Positions 40,163-49,322 of a stretch of 64,000 bases of DNA are shown in pieces. Both the position numbers and the translations under genes were made by a program. Each line of letters begins with the position of its first letter. Within the stretch, counting starts at the first letter, position 1. Below the pieces are notes generated by a model. It was not told where the DNA came from. It ran no database searches and saw only the letters and a list, made by a program, of their open reading frames with translations. The DNA comes from an uncultured delta proteobacterium (GTDB taxonomy: Bacteria > Desulfobacterota > Desulfobaccia > Desulfobaccales > 0-14-0-80-60-11), in the NCBI GenBank assembly GCA_963739295.1, contig CAVTZS010000005.1:88713-152712 (forward strand), read 5' to 3'.

Positions 40163-40423
40163 TCACATCTCGCGGGGCTGGCCCGGGTGGGAGGCAATCT
40201 CCACCAACCGGTTCCGGCTGACCCAAGGCAATTGCTCCTGGGCGGCTTTGAGGACTTCCAGTTCCGCTCCCGGCATAGGCTGGGCTATCCCGGGGCCTTG
40301 CTGGAGTATGGCACACAAGGGTGACTGGTAGGACCTCCTCTCGGCTCTGATGGGGCTCTCGGCGCTTAATAAGGCCTGAATGGCCTGAGGCCGGCTAATC
40401 TTTTCTTGAAGTTTGGCTTCCAT
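40163..40423 (-). pseudogene. truncated duplicate of the pfp 5' end
   Basis: The 86-aa ORF 'MEAKLQEKISRPQAIQALLSAESPIRAERRSYQSPLCAILQ...' parallels pfp residues 1-80. Similarity is then lost and it terminates. Confidence 0.8.
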
Positions 40424-40563
40424 CTTTGCTTTTCCTCGATGTTCCCCATCAATATTTTTTTAAGAAAACCTTTATCCCTTATGGGCACATTTTATCGGCT
40501 GCTAAAAAATTTCGCCCCAGAAAAATATAGAAACGGAGGAACCGCATATCCACGTGGAAGCCT
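40174..40563. repeat. 390-bp direct repeat, copy 2
   Basis: See copy 1 at 38197-38586. Confidence 0.85.
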
Positions 40564-40590
40564 CTGAGGTGGGGATAAGGCTGGATTAAC

Positions 40591-40632
40591 TTTCCTCTCG
40601 TTCCCAAGATCCTGCTTGGGAACGAGAGGAAA
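40591..40632. terminator. perfect 18-bp stem-loop 3' of the YHS gene
   Basis: TTTCCTCTCGTTCCCAAG-atcctg-CTTGGGAACGAGAGGAAA. There is no clear U-tract, so its function as a terminator is inferred from position only. Confidence 0.45.
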
Positions 40633-40637
40633 TGATG

Positions 40638-41144
40638 TCAATAAAACTCTCGCTTCTGGCTGGCTATCTTAAAGAAATTCTGGGTGGCTTCGTAAATCGC
40701 CCTCTCCGGATTATTCAAGAACATATCTTGCGCTGCATCATCCCTAAAGAGATAAAGCTTCCCCCGGTAGATGAGAAAAATGTCGGGATTGATATCCTCC
40801 AGCCTTCCCATGGCCATGGAGGTAGCGCAGAACCCGCCTAACTGGGGCTGATACCTGGAGGCATCTGACAGGAAGGTGTAGCGGTTGGCCCTGGACCGGA
40901 AATAGTACGCCGCCCCCCCCAATCGTTCGACGATGGCTCTGCTTCCCGGTACCGCCCGATTCTGGGTGAAATAGGCCACCGGGTCGTAACCGTGTATCGC
41001 CACGCTATTGTGCAGGTTGAGAAGGGCTTGCCCCGACCCCCCGGAGGTAGTGGGGGGTTGGGCCTGGATAGGTATCGGGGAGAAGGCCGTGAGGCAGATA
41101 AAAACCACCAGCAAGTGCCTTAATTTCGGTAAAACCTTCAGCAT
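40638..41144 (-). CDS. secreted YHS domain-containing protein
   Basis: 168 aa with a signal peptide, 'HGYDPVAYF', 'YYFRSRANRYTF' and 'YQPQLGGFCATSMAMG'. Confidence 0.7.
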   Translation of the reverse strand: MLKVLPKLRHLLVVFICLTAFSPIPIQAQPPTTSGGSGQALLNLHNSVAIHGYDPVAYFTQNRAVPGSRAIVERLGGAAYYFRSRANRYTFLSDASRYQPQLGGFCATSMAMGRLEDINPDIFLIYRGKLYLFRDDAAQDMFLNNPERAIYEATQNFFKIASQKREFY

Positions 41145-41338
41145 GGCAATCCTCCTTCATGGCGCGCGGTGGTAATAAAATAGGTCTCCTCGAGGCCCAT
41201 GTCCACCGGGCCAGTCCAATTGTTTGATTATCATTTACCTCCGAACTCCGTCCCCCCAAAACCCTTCTCAATAGGTTGTTTGAGCCCTTTATAGAGGGGT
41301 ATGGTAATACTGGGGAGAAAACCTTAAATGGGCTGCAG

Positions 41339-43972
41339 TCATTCGATGCCCCGATCAGTGGGCAGGATAAACTTTTCGATATCGCTGATGATCTTATCGC
41401 GGTAGTAGGCCACCTCGTCGGCGTTGAGCATGATCATGTCGATCTGCCGGGTGTGGATGGTGACATAGCCCAGGAGGCGGAGGCGGGACAGCATATAGTC
41501 CTTCTCTTCTCCTTCCAGGCGGGCGAAGAGGGCGTCTTCTTTCACGTCCACCTTAAAATCATAGCGTTCCAGGATTTCTCCCACTAATTTGGCCCGGAGC
41601 ACCCGGCGGGGATAGTCCGCGGCCCCGCCTTTGAAGGCAAAGCGGAGATAATTTTCAAAAGGCTGTTCCCCCACCAGGGCCTCCACCGTGGAAAAATGGA
41701 AGCCCAACCGGGAGGTAAGGTTGCAAAAGTCCTTGGAGATCATGAAATAATTCTGGTTCCCGAAGATGGTGCCCCCGGCGGTGGCTAAATTAGGGTCGGT
41801 GGCCGCGCCCATGACGATGGACATAAAGCCCCGGGTGTCCACGGGGGGCGGGCCTGCCCAGGGCACCGCGGTGATCCCGTCCCACAGGGCCAGCATGGGG
41901 GCCGAGGCGATGTTGCCCAGTTCCACCTCTTTGCCGGGCACCTCCTGTTTAAAGCCATCTTCCAAATCCAGGACCCACCACTGCAGGCCCACCTCGGTGA
42001 CCAGGCGTTTGATGAAATACTGGGCCAAGCCTCCATGTTTGTCCAGGGCGAACATTTCCTTGACCGAGACTTCGTGGGCAAAGCGGGTGATGTCATGCAA
42101 GGTCCGGCACTTGCCCGCCTTAAAGTCAGGGCCGTCCGGATCGGTGAGGTACAGGGGGGTAATGAAGGCCATGGTTTCCTTGAGAGTCTCATAAACCGGG
42201 GTTCCGGCCATGAGGCCCCGGGGTGCGGGAGGCAGGGCCAGCAGGGCCTCCACTTTTCCTTGATAGAGAGTGTGTCCGTCCGCGTCCACGGTGATGACCG
42301 TGCCGGGCTTAAGTTGCTGGGTGGCCGCCGCGGTGTTAAAGAGCGCGGGGACTCTGAATTCCCGGGCCACATTGGCCAGGTGCCCGGTAATGCCGCCCCG
42401 GTCGGTGACCACGGCAGAAGCCCGGGAAAGCAGCGGGGCCCAACTGGGGTGAGGGAAGGCCGTGACCAACACCGCGCCCTCCGGGAATTGCAGCAGGTCC
42501 AGGTTGCTCTTCACCACATACACCGGTCCGGCCGCGACCCCGGGGCTGGCCACTTCCCCGCCCCGGAGCAACACCGGATTTTCTGCCGAGGCAAAGACCG
42601 CCGTGGCTTCCCGGGAGGGCAGGGCCAATTGTTTTAAAGGCCGGCTCTGGAGCACCTGGATGCGGCCGGCTTTATCCATGCACCATTCGATATCCTGGGG
42701 GGTGTGAAAATGATCCTCCAGGGTCAAGGCGATCTGGGCCAGGGCCAAGGCTTGGGCATCGGTGAGGGCCGGGGCCTGGCCCTGCTCATCGGTCTCGAGA
42801 TAGACCCCCTCCGTGGGCAGGCACACGACCTTCTGCGGCTTGTCCCGGATCTCTTTCCGGATGATGGTCCAGGGCTCTTCCCGGGAGATGACCCAAAGGT
42901 CCGGGGTGACGGTGCCATCCACTACGGATTTGGCCAACCCGTGCACTGCATTGATAAAAATGGCATCGTTCCTGATGTCCGTGGGGTCCCGGGAATACAT
43001 CACCCCGCCCACCTCGGCCTCCACCATGGCCATGCAGCCCACGCACATGGCCACATCTTCATCCCGGAGCCCTTTGCGCAGCCGGTAGCTCACCGCGGTC
43101 AAGGCGTATTTGCTGGCCAGGATTTCTTTATAGACGCTGAAGAGATGTTCCTGGCGGACGTTAAGTTCCGAACGGTACTGGCCGGCAAAGGAGGTGTCCA
43201 CCGCGTCCTCGCCGATGGCGCTGGAGCGCAGCGCCACCTTCAGAGGCTGGGCGGTCCTGGCTTCCAGGTCCTGAAAGGCCTGGGAGATGGCTGCCGTCAG
43301 GCTGGGGGGGAGGTCTGAGCCGATAATGAGCCTCTGGATCTCGGAACTCTTGCGGTAGAGGTCGGCGAGCTCCTCCTCTTCCAGGGCCTGAAGCCGGCGG
43401 TTGATTTCATCCTGAAGCTGGTTGTGGGACAGAAAAAGTTCGTAAGCCGCGGCGGTGATGACGAAACCCCCGGGGACCGTCAGGCCCGGCAACTTACTCT
43501 GGATCTCCCCCAAATTGGCCATTTTGCTCCCCACGCCGTCCGCCATCTCCTTGTGGACCTGGGAGAGGGGCAGGACCAGTTCCTGGATAGTGGGGGCCTG
43601 CCTTTTCTTCAGGACCTGGGTAATCTGCCCTTCAATGGAGGAAAATACCGGCCCCAGGGCCTGGTATTTGTTCCCGGACAATTCATTCAGATACCTGATG
43701 AGGGAAAAGACATTGACGCAGACCGCAGTGGCGTGGGAACGGATGAAGGTCATGCCGAAGCTATGGTTGCCATGGAGGGCGGCCTCCAAGTCGGTCATGA
43801 GCTGCAAGGCGGCGTTATTGGCGGCCAGCAAGAGCTTGAAGGCATGATACTTGGCCTTGAAGGCGGAGCGCATCTCTTCCAGGGAAAGGGCTGGTTCTGC
43901 CTTGCCTCCGGAAAAATATCTTTTTAGGCGCTTAAAGAGAGGGCCCATAAAGTTGAGAAGACAAGATGTCAA
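41339..43972 (-). CDS. PpsA-like PEP-utilising-enzyme family protein (PPDK_N ATP-grasp + swivel His domain, non-canonical C-terminal domain), paralog 1
   Basis: 877 aa with 'GSKMANLGE', 'LRSSAIGEDAVDTSFAGQY' and 'TDRGGITGHLANVAREFRVPA'. The C-terminal ~310 aa lack the PEP/pyruvate TIM-barrel motifs I know. Confidence 0.75.
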   Translation of the reverse strand: MTSCLLNFMGPLFKRLKRYFSGGKAEPALSLEEMRSAFKAKYHAFKLLLAANNAALQLMTDLEAALHGNHSFGMTFIRSHATAVCVNVFSLIRYLNELSGNKYQALGPVFSSIEGQITQVLKKRQAPTIQELVLPLSQVHKEMADGVGSKMANLGEIQSKLPGLTVPGGFVITAAAYELFLSHNQLQDEINRRLQALEEEELADLYRKSSEIQRLIIGSDLPPSLTAAISQAFQDLEARTAQPLKVALRSSAIGEDAVDTSFAGQYRSELNVRQEHLFSVYKEILASKYALTAVSYRLRKGLRDEDVAMCVGCMAMVEAEVGGVMYSRDPTDIRNDAIFINAVHGLAKSVVDGTVTPDLWVISREEPWTIIRKEIRDKPQKVVCLPTEGVYLETDEQGQAPALTDAQALALAQIALTLEDHFHTPQDIEWCMDKAGRIQVLQSRPLKQLALPSREATAVFASAENPVLLRGGEVASPGVAAGPVYVVKSNLDLLQFPEGAVLVTAFPHPSWAPLLSRASAVVTDRGGITGHLANVAREFRVPALFNTAAATQQLKPGTVITVDADGHTLYQGKVEALLALPPAPRGLMAGTPVYETLKETMAFITPLYLTDPDGPDFKAGKCRTLHDITRFAHEVSVKEMFALDKHGGLAQYFIKRLVTEVGLQWWVLDLEDGFKQEVPGKEVELGNIASAPMLALWDGITAVPWAGPPPVDTRGFMSIVMGAATDPNLATAGGTIFGNQNYFMISKDFCNLTSRLGFHFSTVEALVGEQPFENYLRFAFKGGAADYPRRVLRAKLVGEILERYDFKVDVKEDALFARLEGEEKDYMLSRLRLLGYVTIHTRQIDMIMLNADEVAYYRDKIISDIEKFILPTDRGIE

Positions 43973-44078
43973 AAATCAGAAGTTTAAGAGCCAACTGTTG
44001 AATATCACAAAAATACCTTGCATGCTACCGTAAGGACACTTGGCCTGAGGGCATCTGCCGCTGCCGGCTAAAACAATT

Positions 44079-44114
44079 GAGGGGAGGGCAGAAAAAATGT
44101 TCCGCCCTCCCCTC
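44079..44114. terminator. REP-related hairpin between the REC gene region and PpsA-like paralog 1
   Basis: GAGGGGAGGGC-agaaaaaatgttcc-GCCCTCCCCTC (11-bp stem). Confidence 0.4.
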
Positions 44115-44539
44115 AGATCCCCCGGGAGAAGTGAGGCGTATGGAAGAGAGGCCTGGGTCCCTCCCCTAAGATAATGGCCTGCGCCGTCTTCCCCGCTAAT
44201 TTCCCTTTAGTATTCCACCTTGGGGAGTCTTCCGGCAATCTCTTTAGGCGTAGAGGTTATAGTTAACCTCTGATCCGAGATTAAGAGGCTTCTGGGCGCC
44301 AGAGGTGCCGGCAGAATGATCCCCCTGGCATAACTGTCTGGCCTTGAGAGCTCCTTCTCCATAGCCAGGGACGCCAGCCTTCATCCGGCCGGGGCCCATA
44401 ACGGTGCACTTCCAGCTGCTGTTGGAAGCCTGAAGTAAAAGTGTCCCTTTCTCTTAAGCGTCCCATGATGAGGTCTGCAAAGGTCGATTTTCTGGCAAGG
44501 AGCTCCCTACCCGGGGTAAAGAGGCCATTTAGATGTTTC

Positions 44540-45043
44540 TCAGGCCTGATTTTCTTTTTTCGATTCACTCCCCGAGGCAGGGTCAACGCGCCCAGGGTAA
44601 TATTTGCAGATTACTTCAGCCACCACGGCCTTCAGAAAATCAGTATCTCCTTTTTTCTCCAGAAAGGCATCTGCCTTGGGACCCGCCGGGTCGTCGGCAG
44701 ATTCCGGCAGGAAGGTATGGATCACCACCGGCAAGGGAGGCTTATGATCTTGGAGCCGCGCCAATACGTCCAACTCGTCCACATAGGGGATCTCCAGATC
44801 CAAGATCAGAAGATCCGGAGGGTCATTTCCGTTGATCCAGGTTAATACTTCACGGCCATCCTTGGCGATCTCTGCTTGGTATCCTTCCGCCGACAGCTCC
44901 CGTCTCAGAAATTCCCGCACATGCCGGTTACGATCGGTTATCAGGATTTTGAATTTCTCGTTCACGAAATTCACCCTGCACACTAGGCTGGTGAAATAGA
45001 AAAGCAATGGCCGTGCCAAATAGGAAAGGAAGGAGAAGTTCAC
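44540..45043 (-). CDS. single-domain response regulator (receiver only)
   Basis: It has 'KILITDRN...DLLILDLEIP...PVVIHTF'. The start is uncertain, because the N-terminal ~25 codons of the ORF look non-coding. Confidence 0.6.
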   Translation of the reverse strand: MNFSFLSYLARPLLFYFTSLVCRVNFVNEKFKILITDRNRHVREFLRRELSAEGYQAEIAKDGREVLTWINGNDPPDLLILDLEIPYVDELDVLARLQDHKPPLPVVIHTFLPESADDPAGPKADAFLEKKGDTDFLKAVVAEVICKYYPGRVDPASGSESKKENQA

Positions 45044-45270
45044 CTCTGGGGTCCTTGCGAAACCTGGCTTTCCCCTTCCCCCTGCAAAAGGAGAAGATAT
45101 GGAAGGCGCCGAACCGGGACCCAGTTATATGGGAGAAGCGCGGTTAATAAAGCTCCAGAGGCGCTTTGAGGAAGGGATGGCTGTCGATATTCTTTACAAG
45201 TTGTAAAAGATTATTTGGTAATTCAGGGGAGAGGGGAACCGTTCGTCCTCTCCCTGGAAATTGCCTCAGG

Positions 45271-46704
45271 TCAAGGATTATCCAGTTTTACCGAGGTCTC
45301 TACCTTAAGACGGTATCTTTCGATTTTGGACAGCAGAGTGGGCCGGGAGATCCCCAGGAGTTTGGCAGCCCGGCTACGATTGCCGCCGGTAAGGTCCAGG
45401 GCTTCACTGATAAGCAGACTGGCAAAGCGGTCCATGAAGGCGTCAAACATATTCTTGCCGCCTCCGGTGGCCAGGGCCTGGCGTAGCCACTGGCGGATCA
45501 CCTCATGGGTGTGGTGGTCGTCTCCGTCCCGGGCCGCACTCTCACTGCCGATGGCCCGGGAGATATCCTCAGGGTGGATGGGATAACCCCGGCTGAAAAT
45601 CAGGGCCTTTTGCACGGCATTACCCAATTCCCGGACATTACCGGGCCATTGGTAGTTATTAAGCATGACCTTGGCCTCCTCGGTCAGGCCCGGGTTGTCC
45701 ATCCCCAAATCTCTGGCAAACCGGGAGAGGAAGTACTCGGCCAGGAGGGGAATGTCGCCTTTGCGGCTTCGCAGGGGCGGCAGCCAGAGGGTGACCACTT
45801 TGAGGCGATAATAGAGATCCTCCCGGAAGCGTCCTGAAGCCAAGGCCGCTTCCAGATCCCGGTTAGTAGCGGCAATGATCCTTACATCCACCGGGATGGG
45901 CTCCCGGCCGCCCAGTCGCTCGATGCTCTTCTCCTGGAGCAAGCGCAGAATTTTGGCCTGGATGCTGAAGGGCATGTCGCCGATTTCATCCAGAAATACG
46001 GTGCCCCCATGGGCTTGCTCAAACTTGCCCACGCGGCGATTAATCGCTCCGGTGAAGGCCCCCTTCTCATACCCAAAGAGCTCGCTTTCCAGCAAGGTCT
46101 CGGGGATGGCGACGCAGTTGATCACCAGAAAAGGTTTATCGGAGCGCAGGCTATGTTGATATAAGGCCCGGGCGATGAGTTCTTTGCCGGTGCCGGAATC
46201 CCCCCGGATAAGCACCGTAGCATCAGTGGGAGCCACTCGGCCGATAGCCTTGTACACCTCCTGCATGGGTTTGCTTCGGCCGACGATGGCATCTGTGGCC
46301 GCATCCGGGGCTCCGCCCAGTTCTACCCGGGAACGCATAAATCGCCCGGCTTCCAGGGCCTGGGTAATTAAAGCCAAGATATCGGGAATTTCAAAGGGCT
46401 TGAGCACGTATTCAAAAGCCCCCAATTTAGTGGCTTCGATGGCCGTCTCGGTGGTGCCGTAAGCGGTCATGACAATGACCGGAAGCTTGGGCTCGATTGC
46501 ATGTATGGATCGAAAGGCTTCCAAGCCGCTCATGCCAGGCAAGCGCACATCCATGATCACCAGATCGGGTAGGCTCGTCTGGATCGTGGTCAGGGCTGCC
46601 TCGCCGCTGGGGGCAGTCCGCACCATATGACCTTCTGCGGCCAAAAGCTTCTCAAAGCTCTGTCGCAGTTGGAAATCATCGTCCACTATTAAGATGTTGC
46701 CCAT
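45271..46704 (-). CDS. sigma54-dependent NtrC-family response regulator
   Basis: 477 aa with a receiver domain, an AAA+ domain carrying 'GDSGTGKE' and 'EKGAFTGA', and a C-terminal Fis-type HTH 'NRSRAAKLLGISRPTLLSKIERY'. Confidence 0.9.
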   Translation of the reverse strand: MGNILIVDDDFQLRQSFEKLLAAEGHMVRTAPSGEAALTTIQTSLPDLVIMDVRLPGMSGLEAFRSIHAIEPKLPVIVMTAYGTTETAIEATKLGAFEYVLKPFEIPDILALITQALEAGRFMRSRVELGGAPDAATDAIVGRSKPMQEVYKAIGRVAPTDATVLIRGDSGTGKELIARALYQHSLRSDKPFLVINCVAIPETLLESELFGYEKGAFTGAINRRVGKFEQAHGGTVFLDEIGDMPFSIQAKILRLLQEKSIERLGGREPIPVDVRIIAATNRDLEAALASGRFREDLYYRLKVVTLWLPPLRSRKGDIPLLAEYFLSRFARDLGMDNPGLTEEAKVMLNNYQWPGNVRELGNAVQKALIFSRGYPIHPEDISRAIGSESAARDGDDHHTHEVIRQWLRQALATGGGKNMFDAFMDRFASLLISEALDLTGGNRSRAAKLLGISRPTLLSKIERYRLKVETSVKLDNP

Positions 46705-48173
46705 GTCTCGTCTTCCCTGAAGGGCAGGGTAATGATGAAAGTGGTCCCTGCATCTTCCTGCGATTTTACTTCGAGCCGGCCCCCATGGTCTTCCATGATC
46801 CTGGTGGCAATGCTTAAGCCCAGGCCCGTACCTTCTTCCTTGGTGCTGAAAAAGGGCTGGAAGACCTTTTCCTGGATGGATTCCGGGATACCCGGGCCAG
46901 TGTCACTTACCTTGATGATCACCACCTGGCCCCAGGGCTCCGCCACCCCTTCTTCCTCTTGAATGGTAATGAAGCCGCCGCCCATCATGGCCTCGCAGGC
47001 ATTGACTAACAGATTGGCCAGCACCTCTCTTAGCTGTTCCGGGTCTGTCCAGATTTCCGGCAGCCGGTTTTCCCGCTCAAGTTTTACTACCACCCCGTAG
47101 GACTCCAGGCGGTGCCGAAGTAGCTGAAGAGCGCTGTCCACCACATCTGAAGGGCTGACCTTTTGCATCTTCAGCTTGGGGGGGCGGGAGAATTCGAGAA
47201 ACGTGCGCACAATGCTGTCGATATGGCGAATCTCTTCGGAGATCACCTCGAAATCTTCCCGCTGATGGGAAGATAACCTGAGAGTGCGTTCCATGGAGAA
47301 TAATCGCATCTTCACCGAGGTCAAGGGGTTGCGGATGCTGTGGGCCACCCCCGCGGCCAGCTTTCCCACCATGGCCCATTTCCCGGATTGCAGGAGATGT
47401 TCCTGACTGCGCTCCAACTGGCTCTGGGCCTGATCCACATCCTCCATCAGGCTATAAACCCGGTGACTGAGCTCTTGCACTTCATCTGGCACCGGGTCGC
47501 CGGGGTTAGCCGGGCCGGCCTCCAGGGCCAGTTGGCGGATGGGCTCCAGGATCTGCTTGACCAGGATATAAGCCAGGAGAATGGCCAGTAGCGCCACCCC
47601 GGGCATAGCTACCAGCGCCATGGTGTTGATAAAACGAGCCCGCGCCTGGCTTTCGGTCCGGGCCCGGGAAATGGCATATTCATGCATTAACTTGTAACGC
47701 TCGGAGAGGCTAAAGACCTCGTTAAAGTGGCGCCGCCCCTCCTTTAAAAGCTGGAATCCTTCAGCCTGCTTCCCAGCCTGGTATAATTTTATCACCTCTT
47801 CCCGGTATTTAATGTAGCCCTGGTAACTTGATTCGATCTGGTTGAGAATTTCCGCCATGGCCTCCGTATAAGCCAGGGTACGAGCCTTCTGGAGCCAGTC
47901 CTGGAAGTCCTTGTGGCATTGCGCCATTTGCTTCAGCCAGTCAGGATTGCCATCCAGCAGGTAATAGGTGGCCTGGCCCCTTTGCATCAGGAGGGCAGTC
48001 TCCAGCTCCTCCGCGGCCTGGAAGGAGGCCAGGTTTTGGTCGATCAAGGAGGTAAGCAGGGAGTCTATGGCTTCGGTATGCCACAGGGTGACCAGGCCGC
48101 CCCCCAGGGTGGTGAGCACCAAAGCCGCCAGCACCCAAAAGATGCGGCCCCGCAGGCTGAGAGCCTTCCACAT
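46689..48173 (-). CDS. membrane sensor histidine kinase (periplasmic helical sensor, HAMP, HisKA, HATPase)
   Basis: 494 aa with two TM segments, the H-box 'AAGVAHSIRNPL' and 'DTGPGIP...GTGLGLSI'. It overlaps the NtrC-type gene by 16 nt. Confidence 0.85.
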   Translation of the reverse strand: MWKALSLRGRIFWVLAALVLTTLGGGLVTLWHTEAIDSLLTSLIDQNLASFQAAEELETALLMQRGQATYYLLDGNPDWLKQMAQCHKDFQDWLQKARTLAYTEAMAEILNQIESSYQGYIKYREEVIKLYQAGKQAEGFQLLKEGRRHFNEVFSLSERYKLMHEYAISRARTESQARARFINTMALVAMPGVALLAILLAYILVKQILEPIRQLALEAGPANPGDPVPDEVQELSHRVYSLMEDVDQAQSQLERSQEHLLQSGKWAMVGKLAAGVAHSIRNPLTSVKMRLFSMERTLRLSSHQREDFEVISEEIRHIDSIVRTFLEFSRPPKLKMQKVSPSDVVDSALQLLRHRLESYGVVVKLERENRLPEIWTDPEQLREVLANLLVNACEAMMGGGFITIQEEEGVAEPWGQVVIIKVSDTGPGIPESIQEKVFQPFFSTKEEGTGLGLSIATRIMEDHGGRLEVKSQEDAGTTFIITLPFREDETWATS

Positions 48174-48287
48174 AAAGTTACTGTTATTCCTTCATCCTAA
48201 TCCTAAGGGAAATGCCGCAATGGTTGCAGCGGGTCCCTCGTCGCTAAACCAGCCGGGATATGGCCTGAATCCCGGCCCTGACAAAAA

Positions 48288-48545
48288 TTAGGCTGGTGGC
48301 CGGGAAACGGTAAACCCTGGCCTGATCTCCTGGTCGGAGATAATCAGGGCCAGGGAATCGGTGGCAGAGGACTCCTTCACCTCCACCGTTCCCAACGTCT
48401 GCCCCTCTTCATTGAAAAGGGGGAGACGGGCGCCGGGCTGGACGCCGTGGGCGGTTCCCAGGCCGAAGCCCACCAGATAGCCTCCCTCCATTTTCTTGAC
48501 TTGATAGACCTCCGCCTGGCCCTGCTGCGCCAGGAGGCCTTCCAT
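48288..48545 (-). CDS. hypothetical small protein
   Basis: 85-aa ORF that starts 1 nt after the stop of the upstream membrane protein. I recognise no motif. Confidence 0.4.
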   Translation of the reverse strand: MEGLLAQQGQAEVYQVKKMEGGYLVGFGLGTAHGVQPGARLPLFNEEGQTLGTVEVKESSATDSLALIISDQEIRPGFTVSRPPA

Positions 48546-48546
48546 T

Positions 48547-49080
48547 TTATGAGAGATGTAGAAAACCGAGCCGAAAACCGCTAGGGATTAAAGGCAGGAA
48601 AGCGATTCCCATCACCCAGGGAGAAATCCCGGTATAACTCCGAATCAGAGACTTGGAGCTCTGCCGTAGGCTTAAGGGGTCCTGATAGACCATGATGCGA
48701 AAAACCGGCGGCGGCTTAGGAGGGGTCTTTCCCTTAATGGTGACGCTCAAGGTATATTCTCCCGGCTGAATCTCAGGGCTAACCATAACCCGCCCGCGCC
48801 ACATGTCCCCACCCATCCAGTAGCCCTGGTAAAGGCCTTCAAAGGAGAGCTTAAGTTTATCGGAGCTGCTGGTGTAAATGAGTTGGCTCACATCCGGGAC
48901 CCTTTCCCACAGCGGTCCGGTAATTTCCAGGGAGTTTCCCGGCAGAACCTTAAAAGCATTAACCGGTTGCCGAAACTTGGCGATGAGGGCGTCCAGCAGG
49001 GCCAGGAACATCAGGGCGCATAAGACAGCTCCCACTTGGCCCAGCAAGTTTCGCCCTCGGGAGGCTTGATTCAAGTCCAT
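48547..49080 (-). CDS. hypothetical membrane protein
   Basis: 177 aa with N- and C-terminal TM helices flanking a soluble, beta-rich-looking domain. Confidence 0.5.
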   Translation of the reverse strand: MDLNQASRGRNLLGQVGAVLCALMFLALLDALIAKFRQPVNAFKVLPGNSLEITGPLWERVPDVSQLIYTSSSDKLKLSFEGLYQGYWMGGDMWRGRVMVSPEIQPGEYTLSVTIKGKTPPKPPPVFRIMVYQDPLSLRQSSKSLIRSYTGISPWVMGIAFLPLIPSGFRLGFLHLS

Positions 49081-49112
49081 GGCACAACTGTGGGTTTTTT
49101 GACTTGGAGAAA

Positions 49113-49233
49113 TTGGGGGGAGGATGCAGAGTCTTTAAGCCCCGGCCTCCTCCCTCAAACCCCCACCCCCAAGGTTGGGGGAGGGGGGTGAGAGGAGACA
49201 GGAGGAGAAAGTTCTCCCCGGCCCTCCTCTCAA
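49113..49233. repeat. two degenerate REP-like elements in opposite orientation (copy G1/G2)
   Basis: TTGGGGGGAGGA...TCCTCCCTCAAACCCCCACC followed by GGTTGGGGGAGGGGGGTGAGAGGAG...CTCCTCTCA. Confidence 0.5.
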
Positions 49234-49322
49234 ATTTATTTTATCACAAAAATATGAGAATCGCCCGTTGGGGGTAGGACACCCCCGGGGGCGATCCTCT
49301 GAGCCACGGATAAGCCCAGGAC

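Noticed and set aside
40638-41144. Possible selenocysteine recoding in the YHS-domain protein, since some members of this family are selenoproteins.
   Set aside because: The relevant position is an ordinary Cys codon ('GGFCATS'), and there is no in-frame TGA.
44207-44586. Small minus-strand ORFs between the REC gene and PpsA-like paralog 1: 44281..44586 (101 aa) and an unlisted 51-codon ORF 44207..44362 ('MEKELSRPDSYARGIILPAP...').
   Set aside because: They overlap each other in different frames and lack a convincing Shine-Dalgarno sequence or any motif. I cannot decide from sequence whether either one is real.
48545-48549. Whether the membrane protein (48547..49080) and the 85-aa ORF (48288..48545) are one frameshifted gene.
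   Set aside because: The stop and ATG are adjacent, which is ordinary translational coupling. Neither part has a recognisable family that would demonstrate continuity.
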